NCBI GenBank assembly: GCA_963771885.1
Contig: CAVYVF010000022.1
Coordinates: 332,668-396,667 of the forward strand
DNA: 64,000 nt
Source: Candidatus Bathyarchaeota archaeon
GTDB taxonomy: Archaea > Thermoproteota > Bathyarchaeia > TCS64
Direction: 5' to 3'
This document shows, in pieces, positions 20,254-31,355 of this stretch (positions are counted from its first letter, which is position 1; each line of letters starts with the position of its first letter). The position numbers and the translations under genes were made by a program. The notes beneath the pieces are model-generated. The model worked only from the letters and a program-made list of their open reading frames with translations, did no database searches and was not told where the DNA came from.

Positions 20254-21168
20254 TTATCCGGATGCGTAGATCGGGTTTGACCAAGCGGTCCTGCCCTGGT
20301 AGTCGGTAACCTCGACTCTGACGTATTTTTCACCTGGTCGGCCGGGGTAGGTGTACTGTGTCAGTGGCTCGTCTCGGGCTGTGAAACGTGCGCCGAGGCT
20401 CGGTTGGCTGCTGAAGGTCATGGTTTTAACGGGACTGCTTTCGACATGTATGCCCTCCGCCGTAAACTGTATGTTCTTGATGGTCGGGCCATTGCTGGCA
20501 TAAAAGTGGCCTTTCTCTATCGCTTTGATTATGTTTAGGAGTGTGTTGTCGGTAGACTTGACCATTATCCATGCGCCGCAAGCGTCGCTGGGCTTTAGGG
20601 GTTCTGGGGCGCCGTGGTGGTCGTCTGTCGCGAAGATTAGGGGGCGCCTACCAGCGACAAGTAGTGCGTCTAAGTGTGGTGCGGAGTAGCCTGTGCCGCG
20701 GTAGACATCGCAGCTCGTGTTGTATATTTCGACGCCGAGGAAGCCTTTGAGTCTTAGGAGGTCTGCTGTGTGCAGGCCACTCCAGTAAGGGTGGGCGATG
20801 ATAGTGAATCCCCCCTGCTCGGCGGTGAGACTTATCGCTCGCTGTGGGTCGGTTGTCGGGTCAAAGTCTCGTAAAGGCAGGGTCTCTCGGATGTTGACGG
20901 CGACGATGTGGGTCGTCGTTCCGGCTTGGCTTGTGCCGATGCATATCTCCTGGGCGGGGATGAGTGTCATACCCCGACTGTCGAGCTTGGTTGGGTCGAC
21001 TAGTGTTCCGTGATCGGTAATGGCGAGAAAGTCGTATCCATTCCTTTTGTAGTGGTCGACGGCCTCCTGTGGAGTTCTGACGCCGTCGGATACGGTCGTA
21101 TGTGTGTGCAGGTTTCCCTTGAGCCATTGTCCGGGGGTGGTAAAGGGGTTGGGGAACTCGCTATTCAT
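20254..21168 (-). CDS. PHP-domain metallohydrolase (CehA/McbA-like)
   Basis: KGNLHTHTTVSDG, ITDH, AHPYW, TDDHH, AWSNPI. Confidence 0.85.
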   Translation of the reverse strand: MNSEFPNPFTTPGQWLKGNLHTHTTVSDGVRTPQEAVDHYKRNGYDFLAITDHGTLVDPTKLDSRGMTLIPAQEICIGTSQAGTTTHIVAVNIRETLPLRDFDPTTDPQRAISLTAEQGGFTIIAHPYWSGLHTADLLRLKGFLGVEIYNTSCDVYRGTGYSAPHLDALLVAGRRPLIFATDDHHGAPEPLKPSDACGAWIMVKSTDNTLLNIIKAIEKGHFYASNGPTIKNIQFTAEGIHVESSPVKTMTFSSQPSLGARFTARDEPLTQYTYPGRPGEKYVRVEVTDYQGRTAWSNPIYASG

Positions 21169-21242
21169 AAGTCAAGTTGAGGGGGTTGAGGTTATGAGTC
21201 TTGCCGATGTTTATTCGTCTAAAAGTAGTAATATGATTCTTT

Positions 21243-21530
21243 TTATTGTTGGGATTCGTTTGCGCATTTTGGGCAGATTAGCACTTCATCAAATCCAGTT
21301 GGGTAGCTTATCTGGAATCCATGTGTTTTACATTTAATGAGGTAGAAGGGGAGATTTTTCTTCCATCCATTGAAACTAGTATGACCCAGAAGCACAGAGC
21401 CACTGATCCCGAGTGTGATGAGTTGGATCAGATTGAGGCTGGAGACTAAAGCTAACATAGTCTCTGGGTTTACCTGAGCTAAGCTTAAGGCGCTTGCGAG
21501 ACTAATCCCAGCCAGCAGTTTGCTCTCCAT
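21243..21530 (-). CDS. Small hypothetical protein with C-terminal metal-binding motif
   Basis: Hydrophobic N-terminus; CKTHG...CPKC. Confidence 0.6.
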   Translation of the reverse strand: MESKLLAGISLASALSLAQVNPETMLALVSSLNLIQLITLGISGSVLLGHTSFNGWKKNLPFYLIKCKTHGFQISYPTGFDEVLICPKCANESQQ

Positions 21531-21871
21531 TTATATTACTCTCACTCAGCTGAGAATAACATATCGTTATTTCTTATATTAATTTTTAGGTGAGGAAAAA
21601 GTATCAAATTTTCTATTTTTATTGAGGATCGGATTTTTTCCGGTTGTTTGGGGTTTCCTGAGGCTTGTAAGTGTATTCTGTGTCTTGATTTTGGGTTTTT
21701 TGACGTTTCTTTGGATTTTTTAGTTGTTTGATGATTTTTTGTGGCGAGTTTTTTTTGATTAATTTGTGAGTTGGATTGTGGGTTTTGGGTTCATATTTTG
21801 GGTATGTGTGGGGAATCCATAGAGTATAAGTGGTTAGAATCTCCTCGTTTTTAGCGTAGGTGGGGGATAGA

Positions 21872-22030
21872 TTGGAGAAGAAGTGTGATAAGTGTCTTGA
21901 GAAGTTGGGGGTGGCGGTCTCCTATGTTCCTGATTTGGGTGAATCGTGTACGGAGTGTTTGATGAGTATCCCTTCTCGAGAGTTTGTTGGGAAAAGTAAG
22001 CGAGTTTTTAGTCGTTTGAATGCTCAGTAA
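21872..22030 (+). CDS. 52-aa CxxC-x17-CxxC microprotein (not in ORF track)
   Basis: TTG start after AGGTGGGGG; MEKKCDKCLEKLGVAVSYVPDLGESCTECLMSIPSREFVGKSKRVFSRLNAQ; paralog at 36493. Confidence 0.72.
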   Translation: MEKKCDKCLEKLGVAVSYVPDLGESCTECLMSIPSREFVGKSKRVFSRLNAQ

Positions 22031-22043
22031 TCTTCTTGTTTTG

Positions 22044-22976
22044 TTAGAAGAACTGGGGTAGTATCAGCGCCAAGTTTATTGATCCTATGATTACGAAGAT
22101 ATTCATGACTAGATTGAATATGATGATCAGTCTCTTTGTTCGGAGTAGGTATTCGTCACTCATCACGGCTACTTTGTCGAAGTGGTTCATTATTGGAAAG
22201 GCATATCTCAGGAAGACTAGACAGCTCAATACTACGAATATTGGTAGTATCATGTTGAATCCAAAGTTCAGATAGGTGAATGGGGTTAGGGTCATTATTA
22301 ATAAGATTCCACTCATCATGAGTTGGATTCTTCTTTTCCAGGATAGTACGCTTGCTAAGGTTTTTACCCCTTGTAGTTTATCTGCGAAGACGTCGGTCGA
22401 GTCCATGGCTGCGGGCATGACGGCGAATCCGTAGATTGCGAAGAATATGGTGCCTATCATTGCCATCCATGAGAAGGAGTTGATTATGGCATAGCTGACG
22501 GTTATGTTTACTAGGAATAGTCCTGTGACGATGACTGATTCTTTGATTAGGAATTTTTTCTTGAGGTGTATTGGGGGGTAGGAGTATATTAGGAATAGGA
22601 GTAAGTAGGCTAGTGTGAAGATGAAGCTGATTAGGTTTAGGTAATAGCTTAATGCTACTCCGATTATGGCGGAGATGTAGACGAGGTATCGTGCATTTTT
22701 TAGGGGAACAGATCCTGAGGGTAGAGGTCGGTCCTTTTTTACTGAGTTGTTTTTATCTGCTTCCGTGTCGATGATGTCATTGTATATGTAAACGGCTAAT
22801 ACGGTGAAGAATACGCTTAGTAGGGTGAGTATGGTTGGTATTAATGGGGGGAAGCCTCGTCCGACGAGAAGGGAGAAAACCATTGATGCCCACATCCATA
22901 ATCCTAGAGCCTCTCGTCTAGATTTGATGAGTGTTACAATATCCTTTAGGAAGGATGACTTTGAGGCCTGCAACAT
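22044..22976 (-). CDS. UbiA-family prenyltransferase (copy 1)
   Basis: YNDIIDTEAD..RPLPSG, YSYPP, DSTDVFAD..GVKTL; multiple TM segments. Confidence 0.9.
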   Translation of the reverse strand: MLQASKSSFLKDIVTLIKSRREALGLWMWASMVFSLLVGRGFPPLIPTILTLLSVFFTVLAVYIYNDIIDTEADKNNSVKKDRPLPSGSVPLKNARYLVYISAIIGVALSYYLNLISFIFTLAYLLLFLIYSYPPIHLKKKFLIKESVIVTGLFLVNITVSYAIINSFSWMAMIGTIFFAIYGFAVMPAAMDSTDVFADKLQGVKTLASVLSWKRRIQLMMSGILLIMTLTPFTYLNFGFNMILPIFVVLSCLVFLRYAFPIMNHFDKVAVMSDEYLLRTKRLIIIFNLVMNIFVIIGSINLALILPQFF

Positions 22977-23457
22977 ATACCCCGAACCTAAGGGGGATAA
23001 TTACTATAATAAGTTTTTTAATTTGTAGATATTATTTTTTTTACTGTTATTAAAGAAATATTTATCATGGAAGAAAAAATTACTATCTTTTTACATGATC
23101 ATTGTGATGAAGTGGTAAAAATCTGTACTATTCCTAAGGATTGCATGCCTTGGAAACGGTTATACAGGTTTGTCGGTCATGAGTTGTAATATATAGATCT
23201 CAAAAGTCGAGTGAAATATGGGGTTGTTACGGGTGTGTCCTAAAGTGTAAAAGAGAAAAAGGGGGATTGCATATCTTTTTCAAGTTATGCCGCCTTTCGG
23301 AGGCGCGAAATGTTTTTGATCTATTTCCACCCCCAAAAACAATTTTTACTTTCTATGTTTATGAACTTTGCAGATGTTTGGTAATAACTATTGATATGAT
23401 TTAAAAGTAAGAAGGTTTGATTTTTTTAGTAACACTTGGTAACCTGCTTACAATTGG

Positions 23458-23850
23458 CTACGATGGTATCTTATTGTATACTAGTGTTAGTAAGGAAGTG
23501 ATGCGTGGCTGGTCTTTTACTCGGTAGAATACCCATTTTCCTTCTTTTCTGCTAGTTATTAAGTCGGCGTCTTCCAGGATTTTGAGATGGTGGCTCGTGG
23601 TTGGCTGGGTCATATCGAAGGCTGTCATTATCTCACACACGCACATCTCCCTGACTAGGAGGACCGCTATGATGCGCTGTCGCGTCTCGTCGCCTAGTGC
23701 CTTGAAGACCTTGCTCCTTAACTTGGCCTGCTCCTTGCCTCCTTCTGTCGAGCCGAGTTGCCTTAATTTCTCTCGGTATACTCCGGCGTCAATGCAGTCA
23801 CATCTACCCGAGCAGACAAGCCTCTCAAGGGAGTCGTCGGTCTTGGACAT
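23458..23850 (-). CDS. ArsR/SmtB metalloregulator
   Basis: FKALGDETR..MCVCEI..QPTTSHHLKIL..EGKWVFY; ATG 23850 preceded by AGGTG. Confidence 0.9.
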   Translation of the reverse strand: MSKTDDSLERLVCSGRCDCIDAGVYREKLRQLGSTEGGKEQAKLRSKVFKALGDETRQRIIAVLLVREMCVCEIMTAFDMTQPTTSHHLKILEDADLITSRKEGKWVFYRVKDQPRITSLLTLVYNKIPS

Positions 23851-23970
23851 ACACCTTAACCCTCTTCTTGGTGTGATTAATGGTTTCTCCTTCAAGCAGT
23901 GTATTATACTGAATATTAAAGAGGGCTGAATATGCATGTAAGTGGGTTATGGGGAACTCGTTCATGGAGC

Positions 23971-24516
23971 TTATCCATGGTGTTGCTCAAGGAGCGTTCG
24001 GATTTGCTTGATCGTCTCCTCTTTTACGCGGAGTTCTTCTTCGAGAGAACTGATGTAGGTGCGTTCTGACTGGAGTAGACTATCTACTCTGACATCTATG
24101 TCATTAATGAGCAGACCTTGAGTGACGACGGATACATTTGAGACGTCGCGCATTTCTTGATCAAGGTCAAGATAACCGTTCGCTATCTCTTTTAGATATT
24201 TCGTGGCATCAACGTCGAGAATCTTGTGTCGAATGCTCTCTTCAATAATTTTTAGGATCATCCTCGTCGATTTCTCGAGTTCCCCTAATGAGCCCAGCTT
24301 TTCAGCGAAGATCTTTTTATCGATTACACTTATTGCCTTTCGCGAATTCTCTTCGAAGGATAAGATTTGGTTTACTATCGGTTCGAGTTCCTTAAGATGA
24401 GATTCGTTAAGTTTAATCGGAGGGTTCTTAGATTCGATGTCGATAACGCCTGTTTTTTTGGGTTCTTCTCTTGTTTCATTGTTTTTTTCGAAGTCGTCTT
24501 GACTCATGTTTCTCAT
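23971..24516 (-). CDS. Hypothetical coiled-coil protein
   Basis: 181-aa ORF, E/K/I/L-rich helical composition. Confidence 0.6.
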   Translation of the reverse strand: MRNMSQDDFEKNNETREEPKKTGVIDIESKNPPIKLNESHLKELEPIVNQILSFEENSRKAISVIDKKIFAEKLGSLGELEKSTRMILKIIEESIRHKILDVDATKYLKEIANGYLDLDQEMRDVSNVSVVTQGLLINDIDVRVDSLLQSERTYISSLEEELRVKEETIKQIRTLLEQHHG

Positions 24517-24748
24517 AGATTTTTCACGTTATTTAACGGTTCCGAGTTCTATGAGAGATATCCAAGTCTAGAGATTGATCGCGAGACTTCTGAATTTATA
24601 AATCAGCATTTTGATTGGAAGAAGGCTATTGGATGGTTTGTATTGTTGTGGGAGCTATTGTTGGAGTCGAGAAGCAGGGGATACCTTCCAGCGAAAATTA
24701 GTTTTAATTACTTGGTTTGAAAGCTATATTGATCATTAGGGATGTTTC

Positions 24749-25048
24749 TTGTCGGGTTTTAGGGACGATGTAAGTTCGACTAACTGTCCTCTGTGTGGTA
24801 GAACAATGGAAATAGTCAGCGAGTTACCGAGATTCAATATTGAGATATGTAGAGTTCATGGCATCCTTGGCGTCGATAAGCCTACTAAGGATGTATGGAT
24901 ATTGGATGGATTCGACATCAATATGGCTCCGATTAAACTAAAATGGTACACGGTTGAGAATCATAAGGCTTTGACATTACCCCGATATAGAGAGATGGTT
25001 AAACTGGCAAATTTTCATCGTCTAGAAAAAATGAATTCTGGGAATTAA
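24749..25048 (+). CDS. Hypothetical protein with CxxC..CxxH metal-binding motif
   Basis: CPLCG...CRVHG. Confidence 0.5.
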   Translation: MSGFRDDVSSTNCPLCGRTMEIVSELPRFNIEICRVHGILGVDKPTKDVWILDGFDINMAPIKLKWYTVENHKALTLPRYREMVKLANFHRLEKMNSGN

Positions 25049-25370
25049 GTTAATTTGTTTTTCAGGCATTAAAACAACGGAGATAATTTTTCTTCGAGTC
25101 TGATATGAGTATTGCGGGATCTTACACCGGCGCCTGGCTTAAACAGTGGAGCTGTGGTTCAGTGCTTGGACTCCAGGGCTTTTTTCAGCTTTATGAAGGC
25201 TGGAAGAGAAGCGTGTTAACCGGAAAGAATGTATGCGTGGAATAATCCAAGGTGTGTTCGACTGATACATTATTGATAGTTGCTAATCCCTTGACTATTT
25301 GCTTAGCATAACAGAGTCTCTACGAGGTTAAATATCAAAACAACGCCACTATCCTGCCGAGGCTAATCCC

Positions 25371-26912
25371 CTGCCCGAAGAGTATTCCAAACTCGTCAGA
25401 CAATCAGCTCATGGTAGCCTCGCACTCCTAATTGGACAAGTAGCATCAGCCATAATCCTCGCAGTAACAACAATAATAGTCGCTGGAGTAATTGGATCGG
25501 TTCACTATGGCGAATACTCAAAGATCTTCGTCCCCATCAGTATTGCCCTATTGATCCAGGACCCCGGAATCACCGTTGCCCTAACCAGATATGTATCGAT
25601 TTATCAGCAGCCCAAAGAAGCTGATAAACAGGGCACATTCATAATCACGGGACTCGCATTAAATCTAGCCACTTCAGTTATTTTGTCATCAATTCTATAC
25701 TTGTTCGCAGCGCCTATTGCAGAGGGGTTTCTTCAGCAAAAAGAACTTGAGGATATGCTTAGAGTCGCGTCATTTGCTGTGATCGGTCAAGCACTGATCT
25801 ACACAACTAACTCAATCTTCATCGGTTATATGAGAGTACAACTACAAAACCTATCGACTTTACTCTACGCCATCCTCAGAGGCGTTGCGTCAACCATACT
25901 CGTCCTCATTGGGTTTGGGTTGCCAGGAGCAATTATGAGCCAAGTGGCAGCATTTCTCATCACGGGTGCGGTAGCACTAACCATCACACTTCTAATCGTT
26001 CATAAGAAAAGTCGAGCATCACTTTCATCTGAGGCTCTACGAGAAATGCTACGATTCGGTGCCCCGATCTACCTGAGCAATCTAATCGGAGGTGCCCTCA
26101 ACCAACTCACAAGTAGCCTTATGGTGCTATACGTCGTAAGCTCAGAAATTGGTAACTATGGGGTGGCACTCAACTTCACGGTTCTCATATCCTTCCTAAT
26201 AAGCCCCATCCAGACAACCATCTATCCATTATTCTCAAAGCTGGGGAGAGGCACCCTTAACCTAAAACACGCATACATTAACTCAGTAAAATACTCCGCG
26301 CTCTTAGCTATCCCCGCTTCAATAGCGCTCATAGTCCTCTCAGGATCGATAATAACAATAATCTACGGAGACAGTTACCCCACCGCATCTCTCTACTTCT
26401 CCGTCTACCTACTAACCAGTATTCCAATAGGTCTTGGAGGAACTTGCCAAGGTACCATCCTCAACAGCCAAGGTGAAACAAGGGCAAATTTGTGGAGAAG
26501 TATGCTCACATTAATTACGGGGGCAGCACTCGCCTTCCTACTTATACCGGTATGGGGTATACTTGGACTTATAATTAGCCTAATAGCGTCAGCTTACCCT
26601 GCATTAATTTATGGCCACGTCTTTATCAAAAACAAGCTTGGTCTCACCTTCGATCTCAACTCTTCATTGAAAATATATGCTTGCTCGCTCGCCTCACTCG
26701 CCACGACTCTTATTATAATATACTTCGTTTCGAGCCCACTGCTAGAGCTGGCCATAGGTGGCCTAGTCTACCTCGCAAGCTACTTAATAACACTCAAGAT
26801 AACTAAAACATTAAACGTAGACGATTACCAGATGTTTCGTTCCATACTCGGAACCACTGGAGCATTCAGTAAAACATTACTCAATCTACTCGCAATTTAC
26901 GAGAGATTATAA
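25371..26912 (+). CDS. Polysaccharide/oligosaccharide flippase (Wzx/MATE-like), probable CTG start
   Basis: Many TM segments; the frame extends upstream of 25551 with a flippase-like N-terminus (VRQSAHGSLALLIGQ..YGEY) to CTG 25371 with GAGG upstream; in-frame TAA at 25329. Confidence 0.85.
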   Translation: MPEEYSKLVRQSAHGSLALLIGQVASAIILAVTTIIVAGVIGSVHYGEYSKIFVPISIALLIQDPGITVALTRYVSIYQQPKEADKQGTFIITGLALNLATSVILSSILYLFAAPIAEGFLQQKELEDMLRVASFAVIGQALIYTTNSIFIGYMRVQLQNLSTLLYAILRGVASTILVLIGFGLPGAIMSQVAAFLITGAVALTITLLIVHKKSRASLSSEALREMLRFGAPIYLSNLIGGALNQLTSSLMVLYVVSSEIGNYGVALNFTVLISFLISPIQTTIYPLFSKLGRGTLNLKHAYINSVKYSALLAIPASIALIVLSGSIITIIYGDSYPTASLYFSVYLLTSIPIGLGGTCQGTILNSQGETRANLWRSMLTLITGAALAFLLIPVWGILGLIISLIASAYPALIYGHVFIKNKLGLTFDLNSSLKIYACSLASLATTLIIIYFVSSPLLELAIGGLVYLASYLITLKITKTLNVDDYQMFRSILGTTGAFSKTLLNLLAIYERL

Positions 26913-27080
26913 CTCAATAAACATTATTAATTATCTAACTTATTGATAGTTATCCTCTGAAGCGCGCTTATTTTTCGACGTTTAATGAGAACTGTTGTAG
27001 ATTATTTGATAATCGGCGAGTATTATTTAAAGTTTAAATTTGACTAAAATGTATTTAGGTTTCGTCGCGGTGATTGATCT

Positions 27081-27932
27081 ATGAATAATAAATCCAAACT
27101 CAACACAAACATTGCTAAATCATTGTTTCAGACTTTGGTCGAAAGATCCAATGATGCGATCCTTGTCGTCTCAGGCGAAACTCTAGTCTATGTAAACCAG
27201 GTTACAACGGTGCTATGTGGATACGATAAGCCCGAGGAAATAATTGGGAAAAATGCATTACAATTCATCTCGCCGACATACCGTAAGCATTTCACGGAGC
27301 GAGTTAAAAGTAGACAAGCGGGTAACCCTCAACTAGTGAGATTTGAGCACGAGATAGTTAGAAAGGATGGATCAATTGTCCCCGTGGAAACTACGGCTTC
27401 ACTAGTTGAATACGAGGGGAAACCGGCGGTACTTTTTATAAGCCGAGACATATCTGAAAAGAAGAATTTTATAGCTAAGTTAATCGCCCTTCACAAGTTC
27501 ACCGTACAGATCGGTAAGGCCCAGTCACTTGTCGACATATCAGAGCCTACACTCAGTGCAATCACTACAGTGATGGGTTTCAAGCTTGCGAATTTTATGC
27601 TAAGGGAAGAAGACCATCTGGGATGTGTCCATGATGTTGGGTATGAATCATCCTATTGGCATACCCCAATAGAGGGTAAAGGGGGAATGTCCTCCGCGGC
27701 ACGCGAGGCACGCACGGTAATTGTTAATGATCCCAAAAACATTGTTGATCACCTACAACAATATGGCATACAATCCGAAATAGTCACCCCCATAATCGCA
27801 AAAGGCAGGGTTGAAGCGGTAATCAGCATAGAGAGTAAAGAAAAAGAGGCTTTCCTTGATTCCGATGCACAAATATTGGAGATTATTGCGCAATACGCGG
27901 GATCTGCACTTGAGCGTATTGATCTGACCTGA
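27081..27932 (+). CDS. PAS-GAF sensor protein
   Basis: PAS/PAC (YVNQ..RKDGS..RDISE) followed by GAF (SEIVTPI..ES..AF..D). Confidence 0.85.
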   Translation: MNNKSKLNTNIAKSLFQTLVERSNDAILVVSGETLVYVNQVTTVLCGYDKPEEIIGKNALQFISPTYRKHFTERVKSRQAGNPQLVRFEHEIVRKDGSIVPVETTASLVEYEGKPAVLFISRDISEKKNFIAKLIALHKFTVQIGKAQSLVDISEPTLSAITTVMGFKLANFMLREEDHLGCVHDVGYESSYWHTPIEGKGGMSSAAREARTVIVNDPKNIVDHLQQYGIQSEIVTPIIAKGRVEAVISIESKEKEAFLDSDAQILEIIAQYAGSALERIDLT

Positions 27933-28031
27933 CATAATACTAGCTCATTTACCAAAGATATGTATTAGAGATATGGATTGTAAAACCTTTAACTATTTAT
28001 TAAATAAAATATACAATCTTTTCGAAGCATT

Positions 28032-29898
28032 ATGATGCCATTTCGGCAGCCGTTTAGTCTGATCAAGGTATTACATGTAGACGATGATCAGCTGCAAATC
28101 GAAATGGTAAAACAGTTTGTTGGATACTTCGACAAAGAAATAGACATTGAGTCCACGACAGATCCACGTGAATTTCAGGACAAGTTAAACAAGAATTATT
28201 ATGACTGCCTAATTGTGGACTTCCAGATGCCGGAAATTAGTGGCATCGAGTTAGCCAAGATAATCAGAAAGACAAACAACATCCCAATCATACTATACAC
28301 AGGGCAAGGAAGCGAGGAAGTCGCCGCCGAGGCATACAACGTCGGGATAACTGACTATATCCGTAAAGAAATTACGCCCCCCCACTATCAAATACTCGCC
28401 AAACGCGTCAGGGATATTGTAGAGAAGCGCAGAATTGAACACATATACAGCAACGTCGTAAAAGATGCTAAAGACGCAATCGCATTAATAGCGCAGGATA
28501 AGCTCATTTTCGCAAATAAAACTTTCTTAAACCTACTTGGAGCCACAGAAAGGGAACTATACAGTGGCGACAACTCGAGACTAGTCAAAGACCTTCAGAA
28601 AAATCTCGTCGATGAGGATATACAGAAGCTCCTCAATGGAGAGAAGAAGTCATACACAACCGAGGTCGAACTGAAAAAGAGAAACAATGAGAAAACACCC
28701 GTTGATGTAAAGATCAGTGCAATAAACTACCTCGGAGGAAAGGTGCTTCTCTTCATTGTAAGAGACATTACTGAAAGGAAGGCTCTGGAGAACGAGATTA
28801 AAAGATCTGAAAATAAATACCGTGCCTTGATAGAACTCGCACCCGATGGGGTTATCACCTTAAGTCTCACAGGGACGGTGACTTGGGTCAACGACGCCTA
28901 CGTAGCAATAACGGGCTACACCGCCGATGAGATCGTTGGGAAGAAAGTGTGGTCTCTAAAAACTGTCAGGCCGACAGACGTTACCAAATTCTTCAAGGCA
29001 TTCTTCGACGTACTAAGGGGCAAAGACATCCCATCCATGCAGTTTCAATGGATTGCTAAGGACGGTACGACGGGGTGGGGAGAGGGACGCGCCAGCCTCA
29101 TCAAAATTGGAGGCGAGAAGAAAGAGGTACTACTCTCCCTACGAGACATCACTGAGAGAAAACAGATGGAGGACGACCTTCTGAGTATACTCGAAGGAAA
29201 TGCATCGTCTTGCTGAGGAGCGTGCGGAGAAGCTGCTAGAGTCGGAGAAGATGGTATTAGCTGGCACAATCGCTTCGTCTGTTGCCCATGACCTGAAAGG
29301 TCCGCTAAACACGATCCTCAACGCCGTATATCTTATGGAAACCAAACCGGAGAAAGCCGCTGAGATGAGGGGGCTCATCGTCAAGGCGGTCGGAAACGCA
29401 GCGAAGATGCTCGAAGAGGTGCGTGGTAAAACGGTTTCAGTCGGACTTAACTACGAGGAAGTTGACATCGCCGAATTGATAGAGGACGTCATCGCCGAGT
29501 CCCCTAGACCGAGCCATGTCCAGGTACGGACTAATCTAAAGCATGTAAACGTCGAGGTCGACAAACTCCGAATAAGGAGAGTCATTGAGAATCTTCTGAG
29601 AAACGCGGTTGAAGCCATAGATTCCAAGGGATGTGTAACCTTCACCAACAGGAGAGATGAAGACAGCGTAGTGATTGAGGTAGAGGATACGGGTAAAGGA
29701 ATAGAAAAGAGTCGGCTTGACACACTCTTCAAGCCGTTCCAAACCACAAAAGCATCCGGGACCGGGTTGGGATTAACCTACTGTAAAAATACTCTTGACG
29801 AGCATAAAGGTCAGATTAGCGTAAAGTCAAAAATCGGGTCGGGCACAACATTCACCTTAAAGATTCCGATGAAGAAATGGTCAATGGAAAAGACGTGA
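28032..29898 (+). CDS. Hybrid histidine kinase REC-PAS-PAS-HisKA-HATPase, split by one extra base near 29185
   Basis: REC HVDDD/DFQMP; two PAS; H-box AHDLKGPL, N-box, DTGKG, GTGLGL; the two ORFs join as DDLLRYSKEMHRL, collinear with the paralog at 34350. Confidence 0.88.
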
Positions 29899-30185
29899 TC
29901 TCCTCCCCCCCAACCATTAAAAAATGAATGTATCGATAACATTATTCTGAATCGTTAATACAGTTCTCCCGTCCATTTTCCTTAAATTAATTCTGAAATA
30001 TACTCACCTCGTCAATCTCAAAGGTGTGTAATGATGGTACAAACTGCAAAAGTAATAAACGAAAAGCTTGCAACAGTCCTCGCTATTAGGAGTCGGGGCG
30101 ATAACCTGCGCGGCCTTCATGTATTGGATGTACGCCCTCTTCATCTAAATACTGAATTCTCTACTGAATCTCAGCTAATCGTTTA

Positions 30186-31101
30186 TCATTTAAAAAATCC
30201 GCTTAGGTTGATCGATCCGATAACTAGGCAGATCGATAATACGAAGATGAACGTCACTATCGTCTTTCGGCTCTTCATGATCACGCCCATCTCAATAGTG
30301 TTACTGCTGGGCTGAGACTCATCATAATCGGAATCAGGTTTCTGAGGAAGATCAGGCCACCGAGCAATATGTGATAGGTAGAAGCATGTTGTACCCGAAG
30401 TTGATGTAGGTGAATGGGGTGATCGTCATGATGATGAACATGCCGGTGATGGCAAGTTGTAGCCTACGCTTCAACGTCGTAACAGAGGCAAGTGACTTGA
30501 CGCCCTGAATCCTGTCTGCATCAATGTCCGTGGAGTCAAAACCAGTGGGCATGGAGAAGAATGCAAATATTGAGAACATCATGAAGCCGATGAACACCAT
30601 CGGTGAAAAGGTGCCTAAGATCGCGTAACATACACTGAGACCAATAACCATAATGCCGCTGCTGATTACGAACTCTTTCACGAGGAACCTCTTCTTCAGA
30701 TGAATCTTCGGGTAAGAGTATATCAGGAATAAAACGTAGTAAAGTAGGCTAAGTAGAAAACTGGGTAAGTTGTTGAGGTAGCTTATCGAAAGCCCGATGA
30801 TTGATGAAATGTAGACGAGTTTCATGGCGTTGGATCTTGACACTAAACCTGATGCGAGAGGTCGGTCACTCTTGAATGTATTATTTTTATCTGCATCCAT
30901 ATCCACGATGTCGTTATAGACGTAAACTGCTGTCGCTAAGAAGAAGAAGGCCGTCATCGACATTAATGTCGTCGTTATTGGAGGGAATCCTCTACCAACA
31001 ATCAGACTAGCTACAAGTGCGCACCATATCCATAGGCCAAGGGCTTGCGTCCTTGATTTAATCAGTAGCCAGGAAGACTTAATGAAGGATTGTTCAGGCA
31101 T
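30186..31101 (-). CDS. UbiA-family prenyltransferase (copy 2), two frameshifts near 30370 and 30305
   Basis: YNDIVDMDAD..RPLASG, DSTDIDAD; shifted frames continue LGGLIFLRNLIPIM..VIGSINLSGFFK, matching the C-terminus of copy 1. Confidence 0.85.
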
Positions 31102-31355
31102 ATACAGTCAGTCCACACTCGTATCATTAGTTCTAACTATTGGTCTATATAAGAGATTAGATTGAGCCATAATCTAGAAATCGCGGAAAAAAGGTTAAAT
31201 TCATAATTTTAGACTTATTTTGGCAAGTTTTATTTGGTTTAATAATATTCTTGCCGAGGTTTGATAGGACAAAAAATCAGAATTTCATCTCGTATAACCT
31301 ATACTAATTCCCGACGATCAAAATCTTATGCATTACACTTCTACATGGAAACTCT

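Noticed and set aside
21600..21810. Strongly T/G-skewed low-complexity spacer
   Set aside because: No repeat unit, ORF or structure could be defined
23067..23189. 40-aa Cys/His-containing ORF (MEEKITIFLHDHCDE...)
   Set aside because: No SD, paralog or known motif; may be chance
23291..23305. cgcct-ttcgg-aggcg hairpin as terminator or ncRNA
   Set aside because: Only 5-6 bp and not clearly tied to a gene end
29200..29898. Stand-alone histidine kinase gene
   Set aside because: It is the C-terminal part of the 28032 hybrid kinase, shown by collinearity with the 34350 paralog
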